Assembly: GCA_965204085.1 (NCBI GenBank)
Contig: CBDBEE010000003.1
Span: 1,221,345 to 1,285,344 of the forward strand
Direction: 5' to 3'
Source: Candidatus Poribacteria bacterium
GTDB lineage: Bacteria; Poribacteria; WGA-4E; JAJDTR01
DNA length: 64,000 nucleotides
This document shows, in pieces, positions 1 to 9,402 of the stretch (within the stretch, counting starts at the first letter, position 1; every line of letters starts with the position of its first letter). A program made the translations under genes and the position numbers. A model generated the notes under the pieces. It was given only the letters and a program-made list of their open reading frames with translations. It was not told the DNA's origin and did not search any database.

Positions 1-92
1 TCCGCTCTAATTTCGACGGCGTCACTGTAAACGACACTCGAAGTCTGCTTGCCGTCGCGCGCTCCGTCATCCCATTGATGGCTTTTGGGCAT
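1..92 (-). CDS. Possible 5' end of an unknown gene running off the window (MPKSHQWDDG...)
   Basis: ATG at 92, frame open to position 1; no recognisable motif. Confidence 0.25.
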   Translation of the reverse strand, partial: MPKSHQWDDGARDGKQTSSVVYSDAVEIRA

Positions 93-97
93 GTCAT

Positions 98-184
98 TGA
101 GCGAGTGAATTACAAGCGATCAACTGAGCGAATAGATTAACCGACCGAATAGAATCAAGTGAGTGAATCCTGATAGTAAATCCC
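98..184 (+). repeat. Concatenated GATCAA..GATAG..ATCCC cassette array
   Basis: Units gatcaactgagcgaata / gattaaccgaccgaata / aatcaagtgagtgaat, then gatagtaaatccc. Confidence 0.75.
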
Positions 185-192
185 AATAGTTC

Positions 193-361
193 TTAGGGGG
201 CGTAGGTTGGGTTGAACGAAATTCGTTAATGATCGTTAATCTTAGAGGCGTTTCCAAGTCCCCACTTTGCATGAACATGCCAAAAAATATGAGTGAAACC
301 CAACATTAATGGTACATTCTTCCACCATCAGGCATTCTCTATAATCAGATGCGATTTCCCT
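193..361 (+). mobile_element. Left-truncated copy of the MITE at 60015-60248
   Basis: 202-305 closely matches 60090-60192; ends in a degenerate right IR (cagatgcgatttccct). Confidence 0.7.
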
Positions 362-468
362 TTGACAGGTACGGTGCAATCTTGACGATTCGTTATAATA
401 ATGCTACCATCTAGCCGTAGAGTGACCTCCGAATCGCGATGGTACCACATGGTATGAAGGAGAAGACT

Positions 469-1062
469 ATGAGCATAGAATACCCGCCCCAGATTGATGA
501 AATCGTCCAGAAACTCGATGCGCGTCAACCGCTGCCCCCGCTCGTGCCGGAGAAGGAGTGGAATTCTGAGTTGACGAAACAAATTCAAGCAACCCCGGTA
601 ACGGATCTCTTTAACGGTCAAGCGCTCAAAGATTCATCCTTGGCAAATGCCGTGAAATCCGGACTGCTGCTGTGGAACGATGCGTTGGATGACTCTCACA
701 ACGTCTCTCAAAGTATCCGCTCCAAGACGGGCAGTTATTGGCACGGTATTATGCACCGGCGCGAACCAGATTATAGCAATTCCAAATACTGGTTTGCACG
801 GGTAGGAAGCCATCCCGTCTTCCCGACGCTACGGGTGCGCATTCTCAATATCCTCAAGGCTGGTTCAAACCAACCGGCTCAACTTGCCCGCTATGCGGAA
901 GCAATCGAGCAAAACGACAACTGGAATGCCCCGCAATTTATCGATTGGTGCCAAGATGCTGCGGGACATAGCGATGGCGAGGTGGTTGAGTTTTTGCGGA
1001 CGGTGCAGGTCGAGGAGATTAAACTCTTGCTGGAATACTCTTGTAGAAATGCGCTTTCCTGA
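469..1062 (+). CDS. Conserved hypothetical protein (YWHGIMHRREPDYSNSKYWF motif)
   Basis: ORF with AAGGAG RBS before ATG 469. Confidence 0.8.
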   Translation: MSIEYPPQIDEIVQKLDARQPLPPLVPEKEWNSELTKQIQATPVTDLFNGQALKDSSLANAVKSGLLLWNDALDDSHNVSQSIRSKTGSYWHGIMHRREPDYSNSKYWFARVGSHPVFPTLRVRILNILKAGSNQPAQLARYAEAIEQNDNWNAPQFIDWCQDAAGHSDGEVVEFLRTVQVEEIKLLLEYSCRNALS

Positions 1063-1222
1063 AAGCGACTGGTTAACCATTTAGCTCGGATTCTAGGCAC
1101 GGTGACCGGGCATCGTTGTTTTAGTGCACACTCCGCAAATGTATAACATACTATCGACCGGAAGACGGCATGCCTTGGTGGAGCGACATGCGGCAGTTTA
1201 CGTTATAATAGGGTAAATTCTT

Positions 1223-1462
1223 ATGAAGACGTCATCTCAAGAGAACGGTCAACGGTGGATTGAAAGCTGGAAACGTGCATCGGCTGCTTTGAAAGCGGTG
1301 AAACGACACGAACTCCGCACCTACGATTATGCGAAAAATCAAGCCATTGTAGACGGGATGTTACAATGGGCTTTTGAACATCGAAAGGTGCGATTGAGTA
1401 GCGGACTGGTTGAACAACAACGCCTTTTCATGAAGATGAAATCATCATTAGGTGATTCATAG
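1223..1462 (+). CDS. Small hypothetical protein resembling the partners of nucleotidyltransferase (toxin-antitoxin-like) genes
   Basis: 79 aa, W..W N-terminus and SGLVEQQRLF C-terminus; TATAAT just upstream. Confidence 0.65.
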   Translation: MKTSSQENGQRWIESWKRASAALKAVKRHELRTYDYAKNQAIVDGMLQWAFEHRKVRLSSGLVEQQRLFMKMKSSLGDS

Positions 1463-1513
1463 CGTTAGTCCTGCACGAACAAACACTTGTCGATACCGGT
1501 TGGAGAAAAAACA

Positions 1514-3034
1514 ATGGCGATGATTGAAATTGGATCTGCCAAACAGCTCTTCTTTGATGATTTCCTGATTGAAAATTTTACCAACGCCAAACAGGGACTG
1601 AACCCCGCTGTAAAGGTGGATGACAACCCCATCCTCCGGCCCGAACGCCCGTGGGAAGGGAACTTCATGCGACCCATCACGGTGTTTTTTGACCCAAGCG
1701 ATCAGATCTTCAAGATGTGGTACTCCTCCTCAACTACCACGGTACGCCTTGAAAACGGGAAGCCGGTTCCCGGCGGTGCTTCGGGTATTCAGTGGGATAT
1801 CCGAGGCGAAGTGATGTGTCTGGCGACCTCCGAGGACGGGATGCACTGGGAGCGACCATCGTTGGGGCTCGTCGAGTTTGAAGGCTCGACGGACAACAAC
1901 CTCCTCCCCGAAAAGGAAAATCTGCCGAGGTCGCCGGGTTTCCTGGACCTGCACGAGAAAGATCCCGCCAAACGTTACAAGGCGATGCTCATGATCGGCG
2001 ACACGCATACACGAGGGATGCAATACAATCTCTTCTATTCCCCGGACGCGCTCCACTGGACTCCCTACGAAGGCAACCCCGTCATTGATACGGGGCAGGA
2101 GTTGGGGCGTTGGGCGGGTCGGTTCCAAGGCTGGGATCCGATCCGCGAGACGTATTACGTCACGATGGAAGCCAGCCACCACTGGCGGGGACCTTACGGA
2201 AAACGGCTTGTCGGCAGGGCGGAAAGCCCGGACATGATAAACTGGAGTGAGCCGGAGATTATCCATGTGCCGGACGAGCACGACTATCCCGACACCGAGT
2301 TCTATAGCATGCCGCTCATCCCATACGAGGGCATCTACGTCGGGCTGCTGTGGATCTTCCGCACAACGAACGTGACGCATCATCCGGAGGTCATCTTCAG
2401 TCGGGACGGATTCCACTTTCAGCGGAACTACCGGGAACCCTTCATCCCGCGCGGCGGTTCGCTATCGGACTTTGACTCCAGCAGCGTGTACGCCGAAACC
2501 ATGATCGTTCACGGGGACCGCATCCTGACCTACTATATCGGCACAAACAGTCGATCGCCTGAAATTGCCTTGAAGTTAGGCGACAAGTCCGTGGAAGGGA
2601 TTGGGTTGGCGATCTCGCGGCTGGACGGATTCGTCTCTCTCGACAGCGGGAAGGGTTGGGTTACCAAGGACAGATCCGAGGAGGAACTGCAACACATCTA
2701 CACCGAGCATCAAATTTTCCATGAGCCAGAGTCCTTCGGTCAGATGACGACACGCCCGTTCGGATTCTCCGGCTCTCGCCTGTACCTGAACACAAGCATG
2801 GCACCGACCGCCGCAGGACCGGGGCTAGGGGAGGTTCGGGTTGAGGTTTTAAGGGCAAACCACAAGAAATTGCAGGGATTTAGCTTCGACGATGCCGACC
2901 CAATCACAGAATCCGGTACGTCCCAAGTTGTCTCGTGGAACGGCAGCTCGGACGTGAGCGCGCTGGCTAACCAGCCGGTAAAGTTGCGTTTCTACTTCAA
3001 GAACGCCAAACTCTACTCTTTTCAGTTCAAGTAA
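1514..3034 (+). CDS. Five-bladed beta-propeller glycoside hydrolase-like protein (GH32/43/130-like fold)
   Basis: KQLFFDD, NPILRPERPWE, repeated SxDGxxW Asp-boxes, RLDGFVSL, LYSFQF C-terminus; RBS GGAG. Confidence 0.8.
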   Translation: MAMIEIGSAKQLFFDDFLIENFTNAKQGLNPAVKVDDNPILRPERPWEGNFMRPITVFFDPSDQIFKMWYSSSTTTVRLENGKPVPGGASGIQWDIRGEVMCLATSEDGMHWERPSLGLVEFEGSTDNNLLPEKENLPRSPGFLDLHEKDPAKRYKAMLMIGDTHTRGMQYNLFYSPDALHWTPYEGNPVIDTGQELGRWAGRFQGWDPIRETYYVTMEASHHWRGPYGKRLVGRAESPDMINWSEPEIIHVPDEHDYPDTEFYSMPLIPYEGIYVGLLWIFRTTNVTHHPEVIFSRDGFHFQRNYREPFIPRGGSLSDFDSSSVYAETMIVHGDRILTYYIGTNSRSPEIALKLGDKSVEGIGLAISRLDGFVSLDSGKGWVTKDRSEEELQHIYTEHQIFHEPESFGQMTTRPFGFSGSRLYLNTSMAPTAAGPGLGEVRVEVLRANHKKLQGFSFDDADPITESGTSQVVSWNGSSDVSALANQPVKLRFYFKNAKLYSFQFK

Positions 3035-3129
3035 TGTCACCGACTCTGCGCGGAGATAAAAATACATGTTCCGCTTCACGCGTTCAATGCACAAGCATTT
3101 TAGAGAAATGGTATAATTTGTACATTGCG

Positions 3130-3198
3130 GTAGGTTCGGTTTCCTAACCGAACCGGTATTTATCCAGTCTCGTAGGTGCGGTTGGAAACCGCACCTAC
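3130..3198 (+). repeat. Two GTAG-type REP hairpins
   Basis: gtag-gttcggtttcctaaccgaac and gtaggtgcggttggaaaccgcacctac. Confidence 0.8.
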
Positions 3199-3273
3199 GG
3201 TGATGTGTGTAAATAACTATGTATGTGAATGACTACAAATGTCGTAACGCCCTAGCCACTGACTATTTTTCAC

Positions 3274-3301
3274 TTGACCAAATAGCCGCGTCTGATATAA
3301 T
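3274..3301 (+). promoter_or_regulatory. Sigma70-like promoter
   Basis: TTGACC-16 nt-TATAAT with extended TGn. Confidence 0.5.
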
Positions 3302-3461
3302 CCCGCAGCGTTTTCGACGTGGGCTGTCACGGTTTCCAGAAGAGGAGTCATCGACGCACTAATGACCACCAATTCATCTTGACTCAACAAACAAGGTTGT
3401 TATTGAAAACAGAATTTCGTAAGTCTGCATATAACACCATCTCACGCAAGGAGGCAATACC

Positions 3462-4469
3462 ATGAATCTTCGAAGCGCACGTTCCTGCCGACATCTCGTT
3501 CCGGTTGTTTGTATACTTGCAATCGTGATGCACACCGCCCTCGTCTATGCAGGTTCGGTGCCACCGGCGTTTAAGTATCAGGAGATTAAAAGGCTTCACA
3601 AGAAAATGCTCCAAGGCAGCGGATCGGGCGACTTAAACACGCTTATCGATAAAGCGGCAGTGTTTGTCAATGAGCATCCCGGGTATAAAAGGGTAGCACG
3701 AATCCATTATATTCTGGGCAATGCTCTGAGCCGCGCAGATCGCCCCGAGGAGGCGCTCCAGACGTATCAACGCCTCACAAAGGATTACCCCGATGGTTCG
3801 TTCCCGGGGGACGCATGGCTGGAGATGGGACTGGCTTATGATAAGTTGGGGCGGCATGACGAAGCTGACGCCGCTTATCACCAGCTTGTCAATCACCCCA
3901 AGTACGGCTCTCGTCCCTTTGCCAAGACCGCCAAGAGCATACTGGCTTTGGATAGAGCGTCTCGCAACGGCGAAATCCCGTCCAATAGATTCCAAATGGG
4001 ATCGCCGGACGAACTGCTCGGTAAACCGGCCATCGACTTCCATGTCAAGGATGTGAATGGAGGGGACCTTTCCTTGGAAAACTACCGCGGGAAAATCGTG
4101 TTGCTCGATTTTTGGGCGGTGTGGTGCGCGCCTTGCCGCGCGGAGACACCGCATCTGAAAAGGGCATACGAGGCGTTTAAAGATCGGGAATTTGAGATAG
4201 TCGGCATCAGCCTGGATCACGAAAAATCCAAGTTACTGGCATACATTGAGGAGCACGATATCGCTTGGCCCCAGTTTCTTAATGAGACAGGGGAAAACGA
4301 TGTTGCTCAAAAATATAAAGTCATGGCAATTCCGCAGACTTTCCTCATTGATCACGAAGGCGTGATTCGCAAAGCGGACCTGCGAGGACGTGCCCTTGAA
4401 CCGGCGATTGCCGAATTGATTCAAGAACGTGATGCAAATTTGGGGGCGGCAACCAGCCCCGAGAAGTGA
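3462..4469 (+). CDS. Exported TPR + TlpA/redoxin (thiol-disulfide oxidoreductase) protein
   Basis: Signal peptide, TPR helices, LDFWAVWCAPC and IPQTFLID motifs. Confidence 0.9.
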   Translation: MNLRSARSCRHLVPVVCILAIVMHTALVYAGSVPPAFKYQEIKRLHKKMLQGSGSGDLNTLIDKAAVFVNEHPGYKRVARIHYILGNALSRADRPEEALQTYQRLTKDYPDGSFPGDAWLEMGLAYDKLGRHDEADAAYHQLVNHPKYGSRPFAKTAKSILALDRASRNGEIPSNRFQMGSPDELLGKPAIDFHVKDVNGGDLSLENYRGKIVLLDFWAVWCAPCRAETPHLKRAYEAFKDREFEIVGISLDHEKSKLLAYIEEHDIAWPQFLNETGENDVAQKYKVMAIPQTFLIDHEGVIRKADLRGRALEPAIAELIQERDANLGAATSPEK

Positions 4470-4503
4470 TAATTCTGGTATTGATTTATAAACGGCGTCA
4501 CAG

Positions 4504-5532
4504 ATGAACATCCTTGGTATTGACACCTCGTGCGACGAAACTGCCGCCGCTGTCGTCGTTGATGGGAGAGAGGTTTTATCCAACATCATCTCTTCGCAGG
4601 TTGACCTGCATCGGAAGTACGGCGGGATTGTACCCGAACTGGCGTCTCGGAAGCATGTCGAGTCGATTAACTACATCGTAGACCAAGCTTTGATCGAGGC
4701 GGGAATTACGTTTGATGATCTCGGTGCTATCGCGGTAACGAATCGCCCCGGATTGATAGGCGCGCTCCTCGTTGGCGTTGCCGCGGCGAAATCTCTGGCA
4801 TACGCGCATGACCTTCCATTGCTCGGCATTAATCACATCGAAGGACATATCTACGCGAACTTCATGGTGCACGAGGAACTCCCTTTTCCGCACGTTTGTC
4901 TGACGGTCTCCGGGGGACATACCCTATTGGTCGAGGTGCAAGCGGGATGGCGGTATGAAGTGCTCGGGGGTACGCTGGACGATGCTGCCGGGGAGGCGTA
5001 TGACAAGGTTGCGCAGTATCTCGGTCTCGGCTTCCCCGGTGGAAAGGTAATCGACGATTTGGCAAAGCAGGGCAATCCCGCGGCGATTGAATTTCCCCGC
5101 CCGATGCTCGACAGCGGCGACTATCAGTTCAGTTTCAGCGGGATAAAAACCGCCGTTAGATATTACGTGGAGAAAGCGAAGTCTTCCGGGATGATGCCTC
5201 CTATCGAAGACATCGCGGCAAGCTTTCAGGCTGCTGTCGTAGATGTGCTGGTGCGCAAGACCATCCGCGCGGCAGAAGAGAAAGATGCAAAAGCCGTTAC
5301 GCTGACCGGCGGTGTCGCCGCGAACAGTCAACTCCGCGTCTCAATGTCCGAAGCGGCAAATAGCCTTGGCGCAAACGTCTACTATCCGCCAATCAACCTA
5401 TGCACCGACAACGGCGCAATGATTGCCGGCATCGCATATCACCAGTACCAGACCGGGCAGAGGGATGCGCTTGACCTTAACGCGTCCGCTGCCGGACCAA
5501 TTGCGGAGTTGCAACATCAGATTGCCTCGTAG
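4504..5532 (+). CDS. tsaD: tRNA N6-adenosine threonylcarbamoyltransferase TsaD
   Basis: ILGIDTSCDET, HIEGH, SGGHT, DDAAGEAYDK, CTDNGAMIA. Confidence 0.97.
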   Translation: MNILGIDTSCDETAAAVVVDGREVLSNIISSQVDLHRKYGGIVPELASRKHVESINYIVDQALIEAGITFDDLGAIAVTNRPGLIGALLVGVAAAKSLAYAHDLPLLGINHIEGHIYANFMVHEELPFPHVCLTVSGGHTLLVEVQAGWRYEVLGGTLDDAAGEAYDKVAQYLGLGFPGGKVIDDLAKQGNPAAIEFPRPMLDSGDYQFSFSGIKTAVRYYVEKAKSSGMMPPIEDIAASFQAAVVDVLVRKTIRAAEEKDAKAVTLTGGVAANSQLRVSMSEAANSLGANVYYPPINLCTDNGAMIAGIAYHQYQTGQRDALDLNASAAGPIAELQHQIAS

Positions 5533-5678
5533 GGCGGTTTGTCATTCTCTCAAAGTTTGCATGTTTATTTCCTGTTCGCGAGTCGGGCTAGAAGCCCGAC
5601 CTACTGGATTGGGTAGTAATACCGTTTCGCTTGAATAATAGTGCATATGATGTCTGAATCATATCATCCACTTTCTTC

Positions 5679-5734
5679 GTAGGCGGGAATCAAGCGACCA
5701 AATAGGGAGTGCGATAGAGCTCCCCTTGCCCCGC
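5679..5734 (+). repeat. GTAG REP interrupted by the 37-nt cassette (5688-5726)
   Basis: gtaggcggg | aatcaagcgaccaaatagggagtgcgatagagctcccct | tgccccgc. Confidence 0.8.
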
Positions 5735-5809
5735 TTTGGAGAGACTTGATTGACGCTATTAATGCGCCGCCAATATATAGAAATGGTATGACTTGGATTA
5801 CCTATATTC

Positions 5810-6418
5810 GTGAATTCATTTCCTCCGCAACTGCTCAATCAAGCTGTTGAACTTTTAAGAGATGGCGGTGTTGTCGCTTTCCCAACCGATACCGTATACG
5901 GCGTAGGAGTCGACCCGTTCCAACCGGAAGCGGTGCGAAAGCTGTATCGGATAAAGGGACGACCGGATGACAAACCGATTGCGATTCTCGTTGGTTCGAT
6001 TGCGGATGTCGAGCAGGTCGCTCAATCTGCTTCAGAACCCTTTTCTCGACTTGCTGATCGGTTTTGGCCCGGAGGATTAACGCTGATCCTTGAAGCGCAA
6101 GATTTACCGCCTGAAATCACCGCGGGTGGAAGTACCGTGGGCGTCCGAATGCCAAATCACCCGTTGACGTTAGAACTCCTGCGTAGCTTTGGTGGTCCAA
6201 TCGCAACCACCAGTGCGAACAAATCCGGAGAGGAACCGGCAACTTCTGCCGGAGAAGTGGGCGCCCAACTTGGAAATCGCGTCGACCTGATTGTGGACGG
6301 CGGAACTACCTTCACGAAAGTCGCCTCGACGGTGCTGAATCTCTCGGTTTCGCCCCCAAAAATCCTCCGTCACGGCGGCATTCCTGACGAACTGTTGATG
6401 GAGTGTCTTAAAGACTAA
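5810..6418 (+). CDS. tsaC: L-threonylcarbamoyladenylate synthase (TsaC/YrdC)
   Basis: FPTDTVYG, KGRP, WPGGLT, GVRMP, TSANKSG. Confidence 0.95.
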   Translation: MNSFPPQLLNQAVELLRDGGVVAFPTDTVYGVGVDPFQPEAVRKLYRIKGRPDDKPIAILVGSIADVEQVAQSASEPFSRLADRFWPGGLTLILEAQDLPPEITAGGSTVGVRMPNHPLTLELLRSFGGPIATTSANKSGEEPATSAGEVGAQLGNRVDLIVDGGTTFTKVASTVLNLSVSPPKILRHGGIPDELLMECLKD

Positions 6419-6502
6419 AAACCTGTTCACACAAACCGCGTGAATTTACTCTCACACTCTTGACGGAGTAACCACGCAAACAAAAAATTGGCATCTATTT
6501 TC

Positions 6503-6719
6503 GTAACTGTTTAGTCCCTTGATTTCTGGAGTCGAGCACTGTGAATCTAGACTGCTTTTTTCCCATTTTCGAGGCGGATCTCGTGTGGATGCTCATTTTT
6601 TCGGTTTGTAGTAGGGATCAAATGAGTGAATAACGAATGCGATAGAGATCCCTCTTCATTGCCCGTCCTATGGCTCTGGGGTTTTACTGACCACTAATCA
6701 CTAGCCACTAAACACTTAC
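6503..6719. mobile_element. MITE with GTAACTGTTTAGT end; carries a REP interrupted by the cassette (6617-6654)
   Basis: Ends gtaactgtttagt / actaaacacttac; flanks CTATTTTC / TTATTTTC (7/8 TSD). Confidence 0.75.
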
Positions 6720-6806
6720 TTATTTTCCAAACAGGTCGAGGATGATGAGGAATGGAATCTTCCAACCTTCCATTCTTCCAGCACCAAACCGATGGAGGAT
6801 ACTCTC

Positions 6807-7406
6807 ATGGCACGACAAGTATTCGTAGACATCGACACCCAATATGATTTTATCAGCCGAGACGGAGCGCTATCCGTGCCCGGCGCCGAAGAGATTCGAG
6901 GCAACTTAAAAGCACTGACGGATTACGCCGTGCAGAACGGCATCAGGATTGTCGCCTCCGCGGACGCCCATGTCCCGGATGACAAAGAGTTTGAAGTTTT
7001 CCCTCCTCATTGCGTCCAGAACACCCCGGGACAGAAGAAAATCGAGGAAACAACCACGGCGGCTACGGTTGTGCTTAAGAATGACGCAACAGAAACAGCG
7101 CGAGCCTATCAGATCGAAGACGCCGACCAGATTCTGTTGGAGAAACAAACTTTCGACGTGTTCACCAATCCCAGCGCGCCCGGAATATTTGAGGCAGCCG
7201 GCGGAGATGAATACATTGTTTACGGTGTAGCCACCGATTACTGTGTCAAGGCTGCCGCCGTTGGTTTGCTTGAACGAGGTTACAACGTGACGGTCGTCGA
7301 AGATGCTATCGCGGCTGTTACGGAGCAAACGGGAAAGGAATCCATCGCGCTGATGGAGGAGATGGGAGCGGCATTCAAGACGACGCATGAGGTTGTCGGC
7401 GGGTAG
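6807..7406 (+). CDS. pncA: Nicotinamidase / isochorismatase-family cysteine hydrolase
   Basis: DIDTQYDF, D.H, FPPHC, GVATDYCV; RBS GGAGG. Confidence 0.85.
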   Translation: MARQVFVDIDTQYDFISRDGALSVPGAEEIRGNLKALTDYAVQNGIRIVASADAHVPDDKEFEVFPPHCVQNTPGQKKIEETTTAATVVLKNDATETARAYQIEDADQILLEKQTFDVFTNPSAPGIFEAAGGDEYIVYGVATDYCVKAAAVGLLERGYNVTVVEDAIAAVTEQTGKESIALMEEMGAAFKTTHEVVGG

Positions 7407-7418
7407 TCGGAGACACGC

Positions 7419-8369
7419 ATGGACACTTGCGGAAAAACCGGTTTGGCGTATCACCCCGATTATGTCAATCACGACACGGGACCGGGGCACCCGGAACGTC
7501 CGGATCGCATCAGAGCCGGGATCCAGGCGATTCAGGAATCAGATTATTGGGAAGAACTGCATCACATTGAACCGACCCATGTCGCCGTAGAGCAACTCCA
7601 GTACGCGCACGCTAGCGACTACATCGACCATGTTCGGCGATGCTGCGAGCAGGAAATCAACCTTGATTACGACACTCCCGTTGTGCGGGAATCGTTCGAC
7701 ATTGCCCGCCGCTCAACAGGCGGGTTATTGAGGGCGGTTGATGCCGTTATGGCGGGAACAGTTCGACACGCTTTCGCGCTCGTCCGTCCGCCCGGTCACC
7801 ATGCCACGCCAAGCAGAAGCATGGGATTCTGCCTGTTCAACAATGTGGCGATTGCGGCTCGCTACCTGCAGCGCGAGCACGGTATCCCCAAAGTAGCGAT
7901 TATTGATTGGGATGTACACCACGGAAACGGCACACAGGATATTTTCTATGCCGATCCATCGGTCTTCTTCTTCTCCATTCACCAATCGCCGCTATATCCG
8001 GGTACGGGCGCAGCCAACCAAACCGGCTCCGGAAATGCGGTCGGCACAACACTCAACGCGCCAGTGCCGCCCCGTAGCGATATCGGCACCTATGTAGAAG
8101 CCTTCGAGAAGGTTCTCACCCCTACGTTGCTGGATTTCTCACCGGATTTCATACTCATCTCAGCCGGATTTGATGCCCACCGGTTGGATCCGCTCGCCAC
8201 AATCAAGCTGACTGGCGAAGGGTTCGCAACCCTTACTTCAATCGTTCTCGATATTGCCGCAGAAACATCTGAGGGGAAAATCGTCTCGGCATTGGAGGGG
8301 GGATACAGCCTGAAGGGGTTGTCGGAGTCGATCGTCGCGCATGTTGGGCAACTCGCAAAAAGCACATGA
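7419..8369 (+). CDS. Zn-dependent histone deacetylase-family amidohydrolase
   Basis: HPERP, RPPGHHA, GFCLFNN, DWDVHHGNGTQ, SAGFDAH, LEGGY. Confidence 0.95.
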   Translation: MDTCGKTGLAYHPDYVNHDTGPGHPERPDRIRAGIQAIQESDYWEELHHIEPTHVAVEQLQYAHASDYIDHVRRCCEQEINLDYDTPVVRESFDIARRSTGGLLRAVDAVMAGTVRHAFALVRPPGHHATPSRSMGFCLFNNVAIAARYLQREHGIPKVAIIDWDVHHGNGTQDIFYADPSVFFFSIHQSPLYPGTGAANQTGSGNAVGTTLNAPVPPRSDIGTYVEAFEKVLTPTLLDFSPDFILISAGFDAHRLDPLATIKLTGEGFATLTSIVLDIAAETSEGKIVSALEGGYSLKGLSESIVAHVGQLAKST

Positions 8370-8388
8370 AAATGGGTAAATAGTCCGT

Positions 8389-8420
8389 GAAACCGAGTTT
8401 TTTCCCGAAAACTCGGTTTC
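8389..8420. repeat. GAAACCGAG palindrome family copy (others at 11873-11903, 13220-13251, 32335-32366; half copy 29257-29269)
   Basis: gaaaccgagtttt...aaaactcggtttc hairpin recurring in intergenic DNA. Confidence 0.85.
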
Positions 8421-8437
8421 TTTTCTTCTATCCTCCT

Positions 8438-8519
8438 GTAGGGTGCAATCAAGCGAATGGATAATGAGTGCGATAGAAATCCCCTGCGCACCAGTTTTGT
8501 AGGGTGGGCACTGCCCACC
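8438..8519 (+). repeat. REP interrupted by the cassette (8447-8485), followed by an intact sister REP (8499-8519)
   Basis: gtagggtgc | aatcaagcgaatggataatgagtgcgatagaaatcccct | gcgcacc versus gtagggtgggcactgcccacc. Confidence 0.85.
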
Positions 8520-8520
8520 G

Positions 8521-9240
8521 TTACTCTGCAACCTCTAATCTTTTCCTGCCCACATGAATAGCGACGATACCAAATGTCTTCCGATAAAACCGAACAGCCT
8601 CCAGCCCGCATGAACGCATAATACTCGCCAATTCCTCACAATCGGGAAAATCCATCACAGATTTCGGGAGATAGCCGTAAGCATCGTCTCTGTTTTTCGA
8701 GACCAGATTCCCGATGAAGGGTAGAACCTTCGTAAAGTAAAAGTAGTAGAACCACCGAAACAGCCGATTATTCGGTTGTGTAAACTCCAAAATCACGATA
8801 CGTCCGCCGCTGACGGCTACCCGCGCCATCTCTCGGATACCGTTTTCAAGGTCGGCAACATTGCGAATACCGAACCCGACCGACACCACATCAAATGTGT
8901 TCTCCGCAAACGGGAGCACGAGCGTGTCCGCCTCTATAGGAATAAAAACCTTCGAGCGTTTCTGTTTCTCAACCTTCCGCTTGCCGACGGCCAACATTTC
9001 AAAGCAGAAATCCGTCCCGATTACCTCCGCATTTACTCCTATTTCATCGGCGTAGGCGAGGGCAAGTTCCCCGGTGCCCGTGCAGACATCGAGCACCTTG
9101 CTCCCCTGTGTGACGCCGCTGACACGAGCGGTAAACCTCCGCCATGAACGATCAAATCGGAGGCTCAAGAGCGAATTGAGGAAATCGTATTGCCGTGCTA
9201 TGGAGGAGAAAATCTTGTGAACGTAAACTGCCTTGTTCAT
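8521..9240 (-). CDS. menG: Demethylmenaquinone methyltransferase MenG/UbiE
   Basis: YDFLNSLLS, VLDVCTGTG, FGIRNV, ILEF, AYGYLPKS. Confidence 0.92.
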   Translation of the reverse strand: MNKAVYVHKIFSSIARQYDFLNSLLSLRFDRSWRRFTARVSGVTQGSKVLDVCTGTGELALAYADEIGVNAEVIGTDFCFEMLAVGKRKVEKQKRSKVFIPIEADTLVLPFAENTFDVVSVGFGIRNVADLENGIREMARVAVSGGRIVILEFTQPNNRLFRWFYYFYFTKVLPFIGNLVSKNRDDAYGYLPKSVMDFPDCEELASIMRSCGLEAVRFYRKTFGIVAIHVGRKRLEVAE

Positions 9241-9261
9241 TGAGATCCCATGGTTACGACT

Positions 9262-9368
9262 GTAGGAGTGATGAAAAGAATGGACAATGATTAAACGAGT
9301 GGATAGATCAAGCGACTGGATAAGGAGCGCGATAGAGTTCCCCTGCGAAAGAGATCCCTCTTCGACTC
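9262..9368 (+). repeat. REP interrupted by a multi-unit cassette array (9270-9360)
   Basis: gtaggagt | array | ttcgactc. Confidence 0.75.
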
Positions 9369-9402
9369 GTGGTGTACCGGGAATTGAAATTCCCGTTTAC
9401 CA

